The translations under genes were made by a program, and so were the position numbers. Shown piece after piece: positions 40,864 to 57,609 of a stretch of 64,000 bases of DNA (its first letter is position 1; every line of letters starts with the position of its first letter). Source of the DNA: the human T2T-CHM13v2.0 reference genome, Homo sapiens; NCBI RefSeq assembly GCF_009914755.1, contig NC_060931.1; one strand, 5' to 3'. The notes beneath the pieces were generated by a model that saw nothing but the letters and a program-made list of their open reading frames with translations, made no database searches and had not been told where the DNA came from.

Positions 40864-41237
40864 TGATATGGTTTGGCTGTGTCCCCACCCAAATCTCATC
40901 TTGAATTGTAGTTCCCATAATCTCCACATGTCATGGGAGGTACCTAGTGGGAGTTAATTGAATCATGGGGGCGGTTACCCTCATGCTATTCTTGTGATAG
41001 TGAGTGAGTTCTCATGAGAGCTGATGGTTTTATAAGGGGCTTTTCCCCCTTTGCTTGGCACTGCTCCCTCCTGCCACCATGTGGAGAAGGACATGTTTGC
41101 TTCCCCTTCTGTGATGATTATAAGTTTCCTGAGGCCTCCCCAGCCATGCTGAACTGTGAGTCAGTTAAACTTCTTTCCTTATAAATTACCCAGACTCAGG
41201 TAAGTCTTCATTAGCAGCTCGAGAATGAACTAATACA
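40864..41237 (+). mobile_element. THE1 (C/D-like) solo LTR
   Basis: tgatatggtttggctgtgtcccc...aactaataca with 5-bp TSD ttggg (40859-40863, 41238-41242). Confidence 0.95.
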
Positions 41238-41381
41238 TTGGGCTAAAATAAACTGTCCCAATATATAAGGACCACGTTGTAAAAACTTCTCCACTGCTTC
41301 CGTCTTTTGCCTAGAACATAGAACAGGGGTTAAACGCTTCCATGGTGTGTAAAGTTGAGTGATAGATTAAAATGTACCATT

Positions 41382-41687
41382 GGTCAAGAGCGGTAGCTCA
41401 CACCTGTAATCCTAGCAGTTTGGGAGGCCAAGGTGGGTCAATCCTCTGAGATCAGGAGTTCGTGACCAGCGTGACCAACATGGAGAAACCCTGTCTCTAC
41501 TAAAAAAATAAAATAAAAATTAAAAAAAAAAATTAGCCGGCGTGGTGTAATCCCAGCTACTCGGGAGGCTGAGGCAGGAGAATCACTTTAACCCAGGAGG
41601 TGGAGGTTGCGGTAAGCCAAGATGGCACCATTGCACTCCAGCCTGGGCAACGAGTGAAACTCTGTCTCAAAAAAAAAAAAAAAAAAA
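41382..41687 (+). mobile_element. AluSp-like with a small internal deletion
   Basis: gaccaacatggagaaa; right arm reads ggcgtggtgtaatccc (about 10 bp missing); poly(A) tail. Confidence 0.92.
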
Positions 41688-41689
41688 TA

Positions 41690-42097
41690 CCATGAACTAG
41701 GTGACAAAATAACAGAAATTTATCCTCTCATAGTTCTGGGGAGCCAGAATTCTGAAATAATGATGTCCACAGGGCCATGCTCTTTCTGAAGTTTCTAGGG
41801 AAAAAAATCTTTCCTTGCCTCTTCCAGCTTCTGGTGGTTGCAATCCTTGAGTTCTTTGGCATGTCACTGCATCCCTCCCGTCTCTGTCTTGTCATCACAT
41901 GGTATTCTCCATGTGTGTGTCCATGTTCAGATCCCCTTTTCTTATGAGGATACCAGTCATTGGATTAAGGCTCATTCTTACTCTAACATGTTATCTTAAT
42001 TTGATTACATCTGCAAAGACGCTATTTCCAAATAAGATCACATTCACAGTTTCCAGGTGGACATGATTTGGGGATGATACTATTCAATGCAGTGTAT
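41690..42097 (-). mobile_element. MLT1B/C-type LTR
   Basis: aacagaaatttatcctctcatagttctgg...cttgcctcttccagcttctggtgg...actattcaa. Confidence 0.8.
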
Positions 42098-42482
42098 GAG
42101 GGTTCACTTGTATTCAGTTATATCAGGTAATACCATTAAGTGTTTCTTAAGCTTTTAATATTTGAAAACAACCTTATTCACAATAATTGATAAAATAACT
42201 ACATTTCAGAATTTAAATATACCTGAACAAGAAATGACAAATGGTTGTCAAGTACTTTTATGCTTAGAATACCATGCTTTCCTCATGCAGGAAATTGGAA
42301 CAGACCCTGGTCATGGGCGTGTTAAATCCTCCTCTTTCATCCACCACTGATCTGTCTCATAACTTGATCACTCCTATGGAACTGACTGTCATTTCTCAGT
42401 TTCATTCTAGGAGGCTTAAAAGTTCTACAGAGCAAAAGTATTTTTCTTCCTCTTTTTGCTTTTTTGCTTGTTACTTTTGTTG

Positions 42483-42820
42483 AGGGGTCAGCAAATGTCC
42501 TCTGAAGAGCCAGATGGTAAATAATATTAGTAACATTAGGCTTTGTGGGCCTCACGGTCTCTACCACAACTATTCAACTCTGCCTTTGTAGTGCAATGGC
42601 AGCCAGAGATAACCTGTAAACAAATCAGCATGCCCAAGTTCCAATAAAACTTTATGGACACTGACATGTGCATTTTATATAATTTTCATGTATTGTGAAA
42701 TATTATTCTTCCTTTGATTTCCCATCCATTTAAACCTGTGAAAAGCATTCTTAGCTGGAAGACTGGGCCAAGAAGAGGTGGGCCAGAATTTGTTTTCTGA
42801 TTTCTGCCAAGTCTTGTTCC
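42483..42820 (+). mobile_element. MER58B (hAT-Charlie)
   Basis: ggggtcagcaaa...ccacaactattcaactctgcc...gttccaataaaactttatggacactg. Confidence 0.85.
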
Positions 42821-43380
42821 CTCTCTCTTGTTGGTTGTCTGCCTTTGCTCCACCTTTTCTGGCATAGAGGACATTCTGCAGGGTACTGTGTTTCATATCC
42901 TTTTTTTCCTTTCCCTTCTCCTCCTGCCTTTGACCTTCCCTTTCCTTTTCTTCCTTCCCCCTCCTACTACTATGTCCCTAAAATAAATATTCACTACCCC
43001 TAAACTATATTTGATCATTGCACATTGATTACTGTAATCATTTCCTATTTTCTAAAAATTTGATGAGTGTGATGTAGGTCATGGTGATAACATGAGGGTA
43101 GTCATTCTCTTATTTAGAGGTAGAAATTAGATTTAAATTTCTGGCATAATATAAGTATGAATTGTAATAATCCCCTGAACATTATTAGAAATGTAGATTT
43201 TTTCTCTTCTGAGTGATCAGCCTCCAAACATATCCAAAATTGGAGAGAGCACTGTAAAAGTCCTGTGTCCCCGTTACTCAGCCTCAACAGGTTTCCATTC
43301 ACAGCCAATGTTGTTTTATTTGTACCTCTGTCTCCTGCCTCCTGTGAAATTATTTTGAAGCAAATTCCAGACATCAGTAT

Positions 43381-43778
43381 TTTCACTGGCGTCCCTGTGA
43401 AGAGACCACCAAACAGGCTTTGTGTGAGCAGCAAGGCTGTTTATTTCACCCGGGTGCAGGCGGGCTGAGTCTGAAAAGAGTCAGCAAAGGGAGATGGGGT
43501 GGGGCCGTTTTATAGGATTTGGGTAGGTAGTGGAAAATTACAGTCAAAGGGGGTTGTTCTCTGGCGGGCAGGGGTGGGGGACACAAGGTGCTCAGTGGGG
43601 GAGCTTTTGAGCCAGGATGAGCTAGGAGAAGGAATTTCACAAGGTAATGTCATCAGTTAAGGAATGAACAGGCCATTTTCACGTCTTTTGTGATTCTTCA
43701 GTTACTTCAGGCCATCTGGATGTATACGTGCAGGTCACAGGTGATATGATGGCTTAGCTTGAGCTCAGAGGCCTGACA
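43381..43778 (-). mobile_element. LTR7-family (HERV-H) solo LTR, copy 1
   Basis: gtgaagagaccaccaaacaggctttg...ctcagaggcctgaca with 5-bp TSD agtat (43376-43380, 43779-43783). Confidence 0.95.
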
Positions 43779-43818
43779 AGTATATTTTAGTATGTATCTC
43801 TTAAAGACATTGACTCTT

Positions 43819-43849
<31 letters not shown>

Positions 43850-44664
43850 CACACCATCATAGTAACATATCTAGAAACAATTAATACAAATTTCTTAATG
43901 TCTTTAAATATCCAGTGTTTACATTTCCCTAATTATCCTGTAATTTTTTTATGTACAATCGGATTGAATTGTAACCTACAAACTGATTAGTTGATCTACT
44001 TCTTAAGTCTCTTAATTTTTAGATTCAATCTTTTTCTGTCTCTCTTTCTTTCTCTGTTTCTCTTCCCCCTATTTTAAGTTTATTTGTAAAAGAAAGTAAG
44101 TCTTCCGCCTGTGGTGTTTCCTACAGTCTTGTTAACTGATATCTTCCCAGTGGTATGGTCTAGAGATTTGAGGAAATTTATGTTGTATTTGTTTGTTAAT
44201 AATATTTTATAATTGTTGCAGTATCCTTCCATCAAGAGGTCCAAATGCCTACTTGTCTTTCTTTTGTGGTGTTAGCAGCCATGGATGACCATTAGTGTAA
44301 TTATTAGCAGTTGCAAAATCATGATGTTCTTCATACAGTTGGGGTATTTATCCCTTAAAAAAAAATGCTACCTGTTGAACTAGATGATTATCCTGCATTT
44401 TTATAGGAATTATAGGACAAGTGTTTATTTTTTTCTTTAATAAGATTTCAAAATAAATTTGTTTTCTAGTATTCTCCAAAGGCAATCAATGAAACCTAAT
44501 GTTTGTTTATTAGGCATTATGTACTTCAGTCTATTTTTTTCTTTTTTTACTTTAAGAACATATTTTATTTAACCCAATATATCCAAAATATTACCACATC
44601 AATGGGCAATTAATATAAAAGTTTATTAATGGGATATTTTACATTCATCAGTTCATCCTACATC

Positions 44665-45534
44665 TTTTTTTTTTTAATACTTTAAGTTTTAGGGTACATG
44701 TGCATAATGTGCAGGTTAGTTACATATGTATACATGTGCCATGCTGGTGTGCTGCACCCATTAACTCGTCATTTAGCATTAGGTATATCTCCTAATGCTA
44801 TCCCTCCCCACTCCCCCCACCCCACAACAGGCCCCAGAGTGTGATGTTCCCCTTCCTGTGTCCATGTATTCTCATTGTTCAATTCCCACCTATGAGTGAG
44901 AATGCGCAGTGCTTGGTTTTTGGTCTTTGTGATAGTTTACTGAGAATGATGATTTCCAATTTCATCCATGCCCCTACAAAGGACATGAACTCATCATTTT
45001 TTATGGCTGCATAGTATTCCATGGTGTATATGTGCCACATTTTCTTAATCCAGTCTATCATTGTTGGACATTTGGGTTGGTTCCAAGTCTTTGCTATTGT
45101 GAATAGTGCTGCAATAAACGTACATGTGCATGTATGTAGCAGCATGATTTATAGTCCTTTGGGTATATACCCAGTAATGGGATGGCAGGGTCAAATGGTA
45201 TTTCTAGTTCTAGATCCCTGAGGAATCGCCACACTGACTTCCACAATGGTTGAACTAGTTTACAGTCCCACCAACAGTGTAAAAGTGTTCCTATTTCTCC
45301 ACATCCTCTCCAGCACCTGTTGTTTCCTGACTTTTTAATGATTGCCATTCTAACTGGTGTGAGATGGTATCTCACTGTGGTTTTGATTTGCATTTCTCTG
45401 ATGGCCAGTGATGATGAGCATTTTTTCATGTGTTTTTTGGCTGCATAAATGTCTTCTTTTGAGAAGTGTCTGTTTATATCCTTTGCCCACTTGTTGATGG
45501 GGTTGTTTGTTTTTTTCTTGTAAATTTGTTTGAG

Positions 45535-45537
<3 letters not shown>
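44665..45537 (-). mobile_element. Young L1 (L1PA3-like): poly(A), 3' UTR and ORF2 C-terminus
   Basis: ORFs 44879-45145(-) and 45094-45429(-) give ORF2p C-terminal peptides ([21 protein letters not shown]). Confidence 0.96.
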
Positions 45538-46585
<1,048 letters not shown>

Positions 46586-47149
46586 TGATCACATTGTCCC
46601 ATGTTCAGCCAGTGGGTGTACCTTCCAGTTGGTTTTTAAATATTTATGACATGACCTTCGTTGTCTGCTGTTTCTTCCTTTGGGATAAAACAGGTTGTTC
46701 TCAGCTAATCTCTTGCCCCACATCTGGAGCCTGCTACTTCTCTGCCCCACCCACTTTGCTTCTCTGCTCTTCATTTGGAATAGGAAGCATAATTCATTTA
46801 CCTCTGTGGAAACTCTGTTGTTTTAGAAGGGGAGATGCCACTCTAGCAGTACTATCAGAGGGTAAATAATGGAACCAACCAATCCAGCAACTCTGGCACT
46901 TCTGAAATTTAGACAAGGGGGTCATGTTGTGTACTTGGAATGCACCTGCATTATGTTGTGGAGAGCAACACAGGCAAACTCTGAAAACCACCCTCATGTG
47001 TGGCTCACTCTGAGGCCTTCAATAATGTGTTCTTTGGAATTCAGATCTGCTCACTGCACATAGGTTGCAATAGACATCATATTATTCCCATAATAGTCTT
47101 CAATAAATGCTTCTGAAACAAATATCAATGAATAAATGACATTTTCAGC

Positions 47150-47325
47150 TTTTAGAGATGAAAATGACCTAGCCCATTTTGTCTGATACTCCATTTTTAC
47201 CTCAGGAAACTAAGGCCTTGATATTTCAAGTGATTTGTCCAAGTTCATAGTGCAAAGTAGCAGAAGATTTAATCCCCAAATCATCTGACCTCAAGTGCAT
47301 CGTTTCCTACTATACCTACTGCCTC
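47150..47325 (-). mobile_element. MIR SINE
   Basis: ccatttttacctcaggaaactaaggcc...aagtgatttgtccaag. Confidence 0.7.
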
Positions 47326-47393
47326 TAGACTGTATTAGATCATTTAGCATTAATTATTTTGATCATTGTCCATTTCTTTTTTTTCCTTCCTTC

Positions 47394-48027
47394 TATAGGG
47401 ATGAAAAAACTTTCTACCCTCTGAATTTTTGATAATTGAGCCTATGAAATCAACTGACAGTAGACACATTAACATGAAACAGAAATTTTAATTACTGCAA
47501 ATGCATGGAGTCCCACAAAATATGGGACTGGAAAATGTGTTCGATGACTGAAGCTTATATAACATCCTGAGCTACAGAAAGGAATAGGGGCCTGAGGCTT
47601 CTAAGGGTGGTGGTGACACAAATTATGTGAGGTGAGGAAAGGAAATGCATGTCGAGCAAAGGTTGCCTTGTCATGCAGATAAAGTCTCTCTGGTAATAAA
47701 AGTTGTCTTCAAGCAGCCCTCAGAAGAATAGGTGCGAGTCTGAGTCACAATCTGGGCATGGTGTCCGCCCTTCTTGTGATATAAATCCATCTTCCCTAGT
47801 TGATGAGATTCCCAGAGAGACAATTCATGACAAGTGTGTTTCTTTCAGAGGACCTGCCCTTCATTAGAAAGGGAAAGTTCAGAAAAAGGTTCTCCCTGCG
47901 CTTTTGGGGGAGAAAGAGGGGCAAGAAACGGAACAGAAGAGCAGAGAGAACTTGGTTCTCCTTCAGTTCAAGGCACTCAGGATATCAAAGCATCATATTT
48001 TGGGGTATTGTTTTGTGGACCCCAGCA
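47394..48027 (-). mobile_element. ERV1 solo LTR (MER34/MER39 group)
   Basis: Ends catattttggggtattgttttgtggaccccagca (reverse complement of the TGTTGGGG...TACCCCAAAATATG start). Subfamily uncertain. Confidence 0.7.
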
Positions 48028-49379
48028 CCTCCTTTATTTCTCTTTCTCTCTGTCCCTCTTCCCTTCTCTCTCTCTCTCTTTCTCTCTCTCTGTGTGTGTG
48101 TGTGTTTGTGTGTCTCTTCTTTCTAATGTAAATAACATGAGCCTCCTGTGATTGTTGTTCCCATAATAGTGAGTAGCAAGTCTAACAACGGTTCAGGTAA
48201 CCCCCAGGCAAGCAAACCAAAAAAAACAGCCTGTTCACCGTTCACTAAGCTGTTCGTACAGTACATCCCTATGCCCATTTCCAAGTCTTAGATGACTTTT
48301 TCTAGCACAATTCAAAAAGTACTTTATTTCACAATAATAATAATAGAAACTCAGAAGCTTTACTTTCTCACTTACCTAAGTAAGGGTGGTAATGTTTTAG
48401 GCTACAGAAATAATCATCACTTACCATAAATGAATCACCTTAGTGTTGCCAGCATACTGAAAAAGCAAATGACAAACAAGATAATTTTGATAGTCACTTT
48501 ATTGCCTTCCTGTGAAGTGCTAAGGAACGGATTTATTTTCTTGAACGTTTCCCCTTGGAGGATCTGCTGAAATCTTTTTAATTCCGAAATCAGAGATTTG
48601 CTAGCTTAGCATTTGGCAAAAATGATGATTTATCCTATTTAAGCATTAAACTATCTATGTCTATTTGGGTTTCAGGTGACCAGATGGCTGAGCAGGGCAC
48701 CTTTACATCTTTTATTCTTAATTTTATTTCATTAACTCAGCAAGTATTTATTGAGCACTAGAGTACCAATACCAGATAACCTGTAAGGGAATAAGGATTA
48801 AACAGTGAAAATGGCACCCATAGGGACCTTAACAGAGTAGTGGCTACAACAAATATGTTACAGAGACACTGTGATAAATGCAAACACAGACATAAACATA
48901 GGTTGTTAGGGAAGCATACGGAAATGGACAGCTGATCTGCGCTTGGCCTTGCATTGCGGTTTTGGGAAGTGATTGGTATTTTCTGACAAGTGCTTTGAAG
49001 CTGAGACCTAAGGGACTAAGCAAAAGCAGAGTGGCAGTGTCCTGCATGGGGGCAGAATTTGCTGGATTTAGAGGCACTTGAATATTTTGATAAGCCTCTT
49101 TTTTTTTAATGAGTGAAATCACCAAATGCATTTGTACTTTTGTTAAAATTAAAGTTGAGAACACCAATTTTAGTCCCTTTGAATATGTTAACTGTGCTAT
49201 CTTCAAGGTTTTCTTTCTCCAAAAAGCTATTTCTAGCTAATTATCCTCACTAAGGAAAGTGATCTGTCGGACTGTGTTGCTAAGGCTCCTCACAATGGGG
49301 GCTGCTGCAGTGACTAGAGACTGAGTCAATGAGGAAAATTAAATACTTCCTGGGACTGATTATTTGGGAATTTTCTTCC

Positions 49380-49617
49380 AAGGGAAGTTCAGAGAAAGCC
49401 CCTCCCTGCCCTTCTGGGAGAAGGGGTCAAGAAACAGGGGACAGAAGATCAGAGAGACTTTGGTTCGCCTTTAGTTCAAGGCACTCAGCATCCCAAGGCA
49501 CCACACTGTGGGGTATTGTTTTGTGAGGCCCAACATTTCCTTCCTTTCTCTTTCTCTTTCTCTCTGTCTCTCTTCCTTTCTCTCTCTCTCTCTCTTTCTT
49601 CTTTCTAATGTAAATAA
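49380..49617. repeat. Diverged local duplicate of 47869-48135 (LTR end plus flank)
   Basis: Shares agttcaaggcactcag, ggggtattgttttgtg, a CT tract and cttctttctaatgtaaataa. Confidence 0.85.
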
Positions 49618-50625
49618 TATCTTTTGTCTCATCAAAGAGTCTTTAATTAAGTCTTTTTCCTGGGTTGGAAGCAATGAGAAAGGGTCACAACCCCGTCAAG
49701 GGAAAGTCACATATAACACAGCCCGCAGTGCCCCCAAGGATGTAAATTGCTTGGATGTGTTTAATCTTCCCATGTTTGAAGACACAGATGGTGATGTGAA
49801 CTAGGGTCAACATGAAAGGCAGCGCCATCTTAGGTGACTTTAGCCTGTTAATAGGGAATCCTCCTGTCCTTTTCAATTGTATATTTTCTGCTGCATCAAA
49901 GCTTTTCAGGTAACGGTGTCAGAAAGAGCATAATCTCTCAGGTTAGCCTGGTACAACTTAAGTTTAAACTAACTGCTAACTGAAAATAAAATTCCCCAAC
50001 AATAATAAAAATTTTACAAAGTTAAACACTAAAGAATTTTTTAAAATATTGCATAAATAATTTGTTGTAGGTTATAAATGTGTTTATTATTTATATGCTG
50101 CCTCTCATTATTTAGATGACCCTAGCAGGTGCCTGAAAATGAACGTTTACGTTTTTAGGTTGGACCATAATTACTTATTTTGTGTATCTTCTTCCCACTA
50201 GCTTTGGTGGCATAAAATTTGTTATTCATCTTCACGTGCTTAAGGCCTAGAACAGCGCTTGGAATAAAGCACATTGTTCAATAAATGGAAGCTCCCATGC
50301 TCACGACTCTGCTTGCCCTATAAGGAGACAGTGTGTACACTTACCATAGAATAATTATTATCTTACTGTTCATCTCAGAAAAAAAAAAAACACAATGGTT
50401 TTAAGAAGTACCTTGCACCTTACACATACTTTTATGTTGCTCTGTGAAAAGTCTTTGCAGTTTAGTATCTTATAAATATTGTAAGTAAAGGTCAAATTCC
50501 ACAGGGGTCTATAATTTCAAATATTACTTTTATTGTTTTACCTGTAAAAATTTTCTAAGTGTTTTTTTTTAAACTTACTGTTACAGAGCTATCTGGTAGG
50601 ATCTATAACCCCATGAACTACATTT

Positions 50626-50769
50626 TATTATTTATTTTATTTTACTTTTTGGAAAGACAGAGTCTCACCGTGTTGCCCAGGCTGGTCTCAAGCTCCTGGG
50701 TTCAAGCAATCCTCCTGCTTCAGCCTCCCAAAGGGCTGGGATAATAGGTATCAGCCACCACACCTGGCC
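50626..50769 (-). mobile_element. FLAM / Alu left monomer with TSD
   Basis: TSD at(g/c)aactacattt at 50613-50625 and 50770-50782. Confidence 0.88.
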
Positions 50770-50876
50770 ATCAACTACATTTCAAATGGATGTTTTATAG
50801 GAATCATCATTGATGATAATGAGAGATATCTGTTGGAAAACAAAATGAAGAAAGGGTTAAGGAGTATTATCAGCAC

Positions 50877-51267
50877 TGTCACGCGTGTCTGTGTGAAGAG
50901 ACCACCAAACAGGCTTTGTGTGAGCAGCAAGGCTGTTTATTTCACCCGGGTGCAGGCGGGCTGAGTCCGAAAAGAGAGTCAGCAAAGGGAGATAGGGGTG
51001 GGGCCGTTTTATAGGATTTGGGTAGGTAGTGGAAAATTACAGTCAAAGGGGGTTGTTCTCTGGCAGGCAGGGGCGGGGGTCAAAAGGTGCTCAGTCGGGG
51101 AGCTTCTGAGCCAGGAGAAGGAATTTCACAAGGTAATGGCATCGGTTAAGGCAGGAACCGGCCATTTTCACTTCTTTTGTGATTCTTCAGTTACTTCAGG
51201 CCATCTGGATGTATACGTGCAGGTCACAGGTGATATGATGGCTTAGCTTGTGCTCAGAGGCCTGACA
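50877..51267 (-). mobile_element. LTR7-family (HERV-H) solo LTR, copy 2
   Basis: tgtcacgcgtgtctgtgtgaagagacc...ctcagaggcctgaca; flanks agcac/ggcat (imperfect TSD). Confidence 0.95.
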
Positions 51268-51417
51268 GGCATAATATTTATTGAACTTCTGTAGACTAAT
51301 GGGCACTGTTCTGGGTAGCAGAGATTCATCAATATATAAAATCTGCAAAAGTTAAAACAAACAAACAAACAAACTTCTCTGACATCCTGGAGTTTATTGC
51401 CCTTTAAGAAGGTGGTG

Positions 51418-51724
<307 letters not shown>

Positions 51725-51822
51725 GGTTGTGGGGGAGACAGACAATACAAAATAAACATCACAAAGGAGGAAATTGTTGACTGTCAGAAGGTGATGTGTG
51801 CTATAGGAAAAAATAGAGGTGA

Positions 51823-52714
51823 TGTAGGGGTGGGAAGACTTTCCTTTATCCTCTGAGGGTTTGATGAGTGAGTGTACGAAATAATCTGAAGGGAGGCAGA
51901 TGAACAGGAGAAAAGACACACAAATTTGTTACCTACAGGAGGACATCACTGGAGAGAAACCTGAACACCCAAAAGGCCAGTGAGATTTTGAAGCTTATAT
52001 ACCTTCTTCCCAGGGAAGAAGGTAGAGCGGATATAGTCAAAATTTAGGGGAGAGTAAATAAATTCGGGGAAAGACAAATGGCCCAGAGCATAGGGGATAG
52101 TCTGAGTGCAGGGTTCACCTCCAGGCTCCCCTCTTGTTTTTTGTTGTCGTGGTGGTGGTACTGGTGTGAAGGGTGAGGACAATCAGTGTGTTTTTCCCCT
52201 CAGAGCAAATTGTAAAGCTAAATTAGTCATTATTTAAATTTACTATAGTTGCCTTTATAAAAACTTTAAATTTACATTATACATGTTGAAATTGAAGCTA
52301 TGCAATTGTAATATAAACACGGATTTACAACTAAAGCATGTTATAATGTAAATAATTGATTTTCTGTATGAAATCCTAGGCAATATTGTAAAATTGTACA
52401 GACCCGTCAACTTTTTCCACTTAAATATTCTGAGTAAAGTTTAAGGGTGTTGTAGTTTTCAAGTGGTTTTTTTTCTTTGTTTGTTTGTTTCTTTTTGTCT
52501 CTTGTGATCCAAGTTTTCTTCTCTGGTTGGTGAGATTACTGGGGCAAAGATTTCTTGACAATTGAGTTCCTTTTGAAGGATCCTTCCTAAGGCCGGTAAT
52601 GGGAGCTCAGAAAAAGCTCCTCACTGCATTTGCTGTTCTCCAGGTGCCCTCAGTTTGAAGCAACCAGCATGCCACAGTGGCACATTTTGGGGTGGTATTT
52701 TCTTAGTTCCCTCA
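51823..52714 (-). mobile_element. ERV1 LTR (MER34/MER39 group) split by a 361-bp insert
   Basis: tgtaggggtgggaagactttcc...cacattttggggtggtattttcttagttccctca; resembles the LTR at 47394-48027. Confidence 0.7.
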
Positions 52715-52834
52715 AAGGTAAAATGCAGAGTGGGTTATATGTTTAAACAGGACAGTTGGGTGGGCCTCAATGAGGACGTGCCCTGTGAATAGAGGCCAAA
52801 CAGAGATGAGAGAGCTAGCCCAGGGGACTTTTAG

Positions 52835-53211
<377 letters not shown>

Positions 53212-54565
53212 TAGCATATTTGAACCACAGTTAGGTCAGTGTGGTGTAGTAGATATTAGGAGTGATTTTTTTTTAATGAAGAGCAAGCAATACGTTATGA
53301 AGTATCCTTAAATAACAGGGAGCGTTCTCTTTAAGGTTCCTCAGGAATGGTCAGTCATGGATCCAAGATGACATTTACTTAGTCTCCAAGTTTGAATTCA
53401 AGATCAAAATCTAATTACTGTTACAAGCAACAAGAATCAAAGAGTAACATCTCCTTGCTACACAGGTTAGAAGACTCCTTATTGCCACACAGATGAATTC
53501 TTGACTAGCAAATGCACATAAACCACATCCCTACCCAGTGTGAGTGAAAAAGGAAAGGGAAGATTAGCTTGTCTAAGTATCGATGTAAATGTAGTCAATA
53601 ACTCCAGCTGTATTGTAAAAGGATTTTAACATCTCTACAATGGAACAAAAACATTAACGGATATCCTTCTTCCTAGAAAATGGCTAATGCTTTCCTAGAA
53701 AAAAAGACACATATGAGCTCCAAATTGTTCTTCATGTGGGTGAGAATGGTCTGTCATTATTTATACTTGTTCACAGTGCTTCATCTGTCATCCATCTTTG
53801 GGCTGTAATTGTGAGCTTAAAAATAATCACCATTTTCCACCACCTGCAGAACATAATCTGCACTTTGAGCTCATTTCCTCAGTGTTCCCTACAGAGTTCC
53901 ATCTGCTTTACATACCTTATTTCTCTACACATGATTAAAGCTGCTGATGCTACCTGAACTGCATACATAGCTGGCATTATGGAATGCCTCAAACTACCAC
54001 AGCGTGCTGTGGTGAGATGCCTTTCCTATCAGAGTCTAGGCTTACAAAAATGCATGAAGTGTTTCTCATATATTGCATATTTGGGGTGAAAAAAGACAAT
54101 GACAGCCAATTTTTAATAAGTTATGTCAGGGAGATCATAATTATTGATCTTCTAAACAAAACTATCTATAAATATATGGTCTTCAACTTATCCACCGGGA
54201 AGACAGATGAAAGTTTCAAATGGATCCTCTTACAAATGACTAAAAAACACTGCATCATAATCTAACATTATGTTGAGTCTTTTTGCCTGAATGTTTTCTA
54301 AACAATTTTGTAGAAGTTAGTTAATACTTTAAATAACTAGACATTGTAACTAAGAAATTATTTTGTAAGTTATTCAGGAAAGTACACATAGCTCTTATAA
54401 AATGACCAGTATTTGTTAGTTTCTTTTATAAATCTGAATGTTTATATAAAGTTTACCTGAAATAAGATACATCTTGCTTTCATATGGAATATTTCATGTT
54501 TGTTTCCAATAGCCAAATTAAGAAATATAATTTCAAATATAAAATTAAAGCTTATGTAATTTTCT

Positions 54566-54867
<302 letters not shown>

Positions 54868-54899
54868 AAGCTTATGTCATTTTCTAATTCTACTCTCCT

Positions 54900-57120
<2,221 letters not shown>

Positions 57121-57148
57121 AACTCAAGTTTCTAAAATTAAGAATTCA

Positions 57149-57480
<332 letters not shown>

Positions 57481-57501
57481 CTACATCTCCACCAAAAAAT
57501 T

Positions 57502-57609
57502 GGCCAGGCATTGTGGCTCATGCCTGTAATCCCAGCACGTTGGGTGGCTGAGGCAGGAGGAGTTCAAAACCAGCCTAGGCAACATAGTGAGAACCTGTCT
57601 CAAAAAAAA
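57502..57609 (+). mobile_element. Internally deleted Alu left monomer
   Basis: ggccaggcattgtggctcatgcc...ggcaacatagtgagaacctgtctc. Confidence 0.85.

Noticed and set aside
32453-41237. THE1 provirus between two sense THE1 LTRs
   Set aside because: Each LTR has its own distinct 5-bp TSD (caaat, ttggg) and there is no THE1-int sequence between them.
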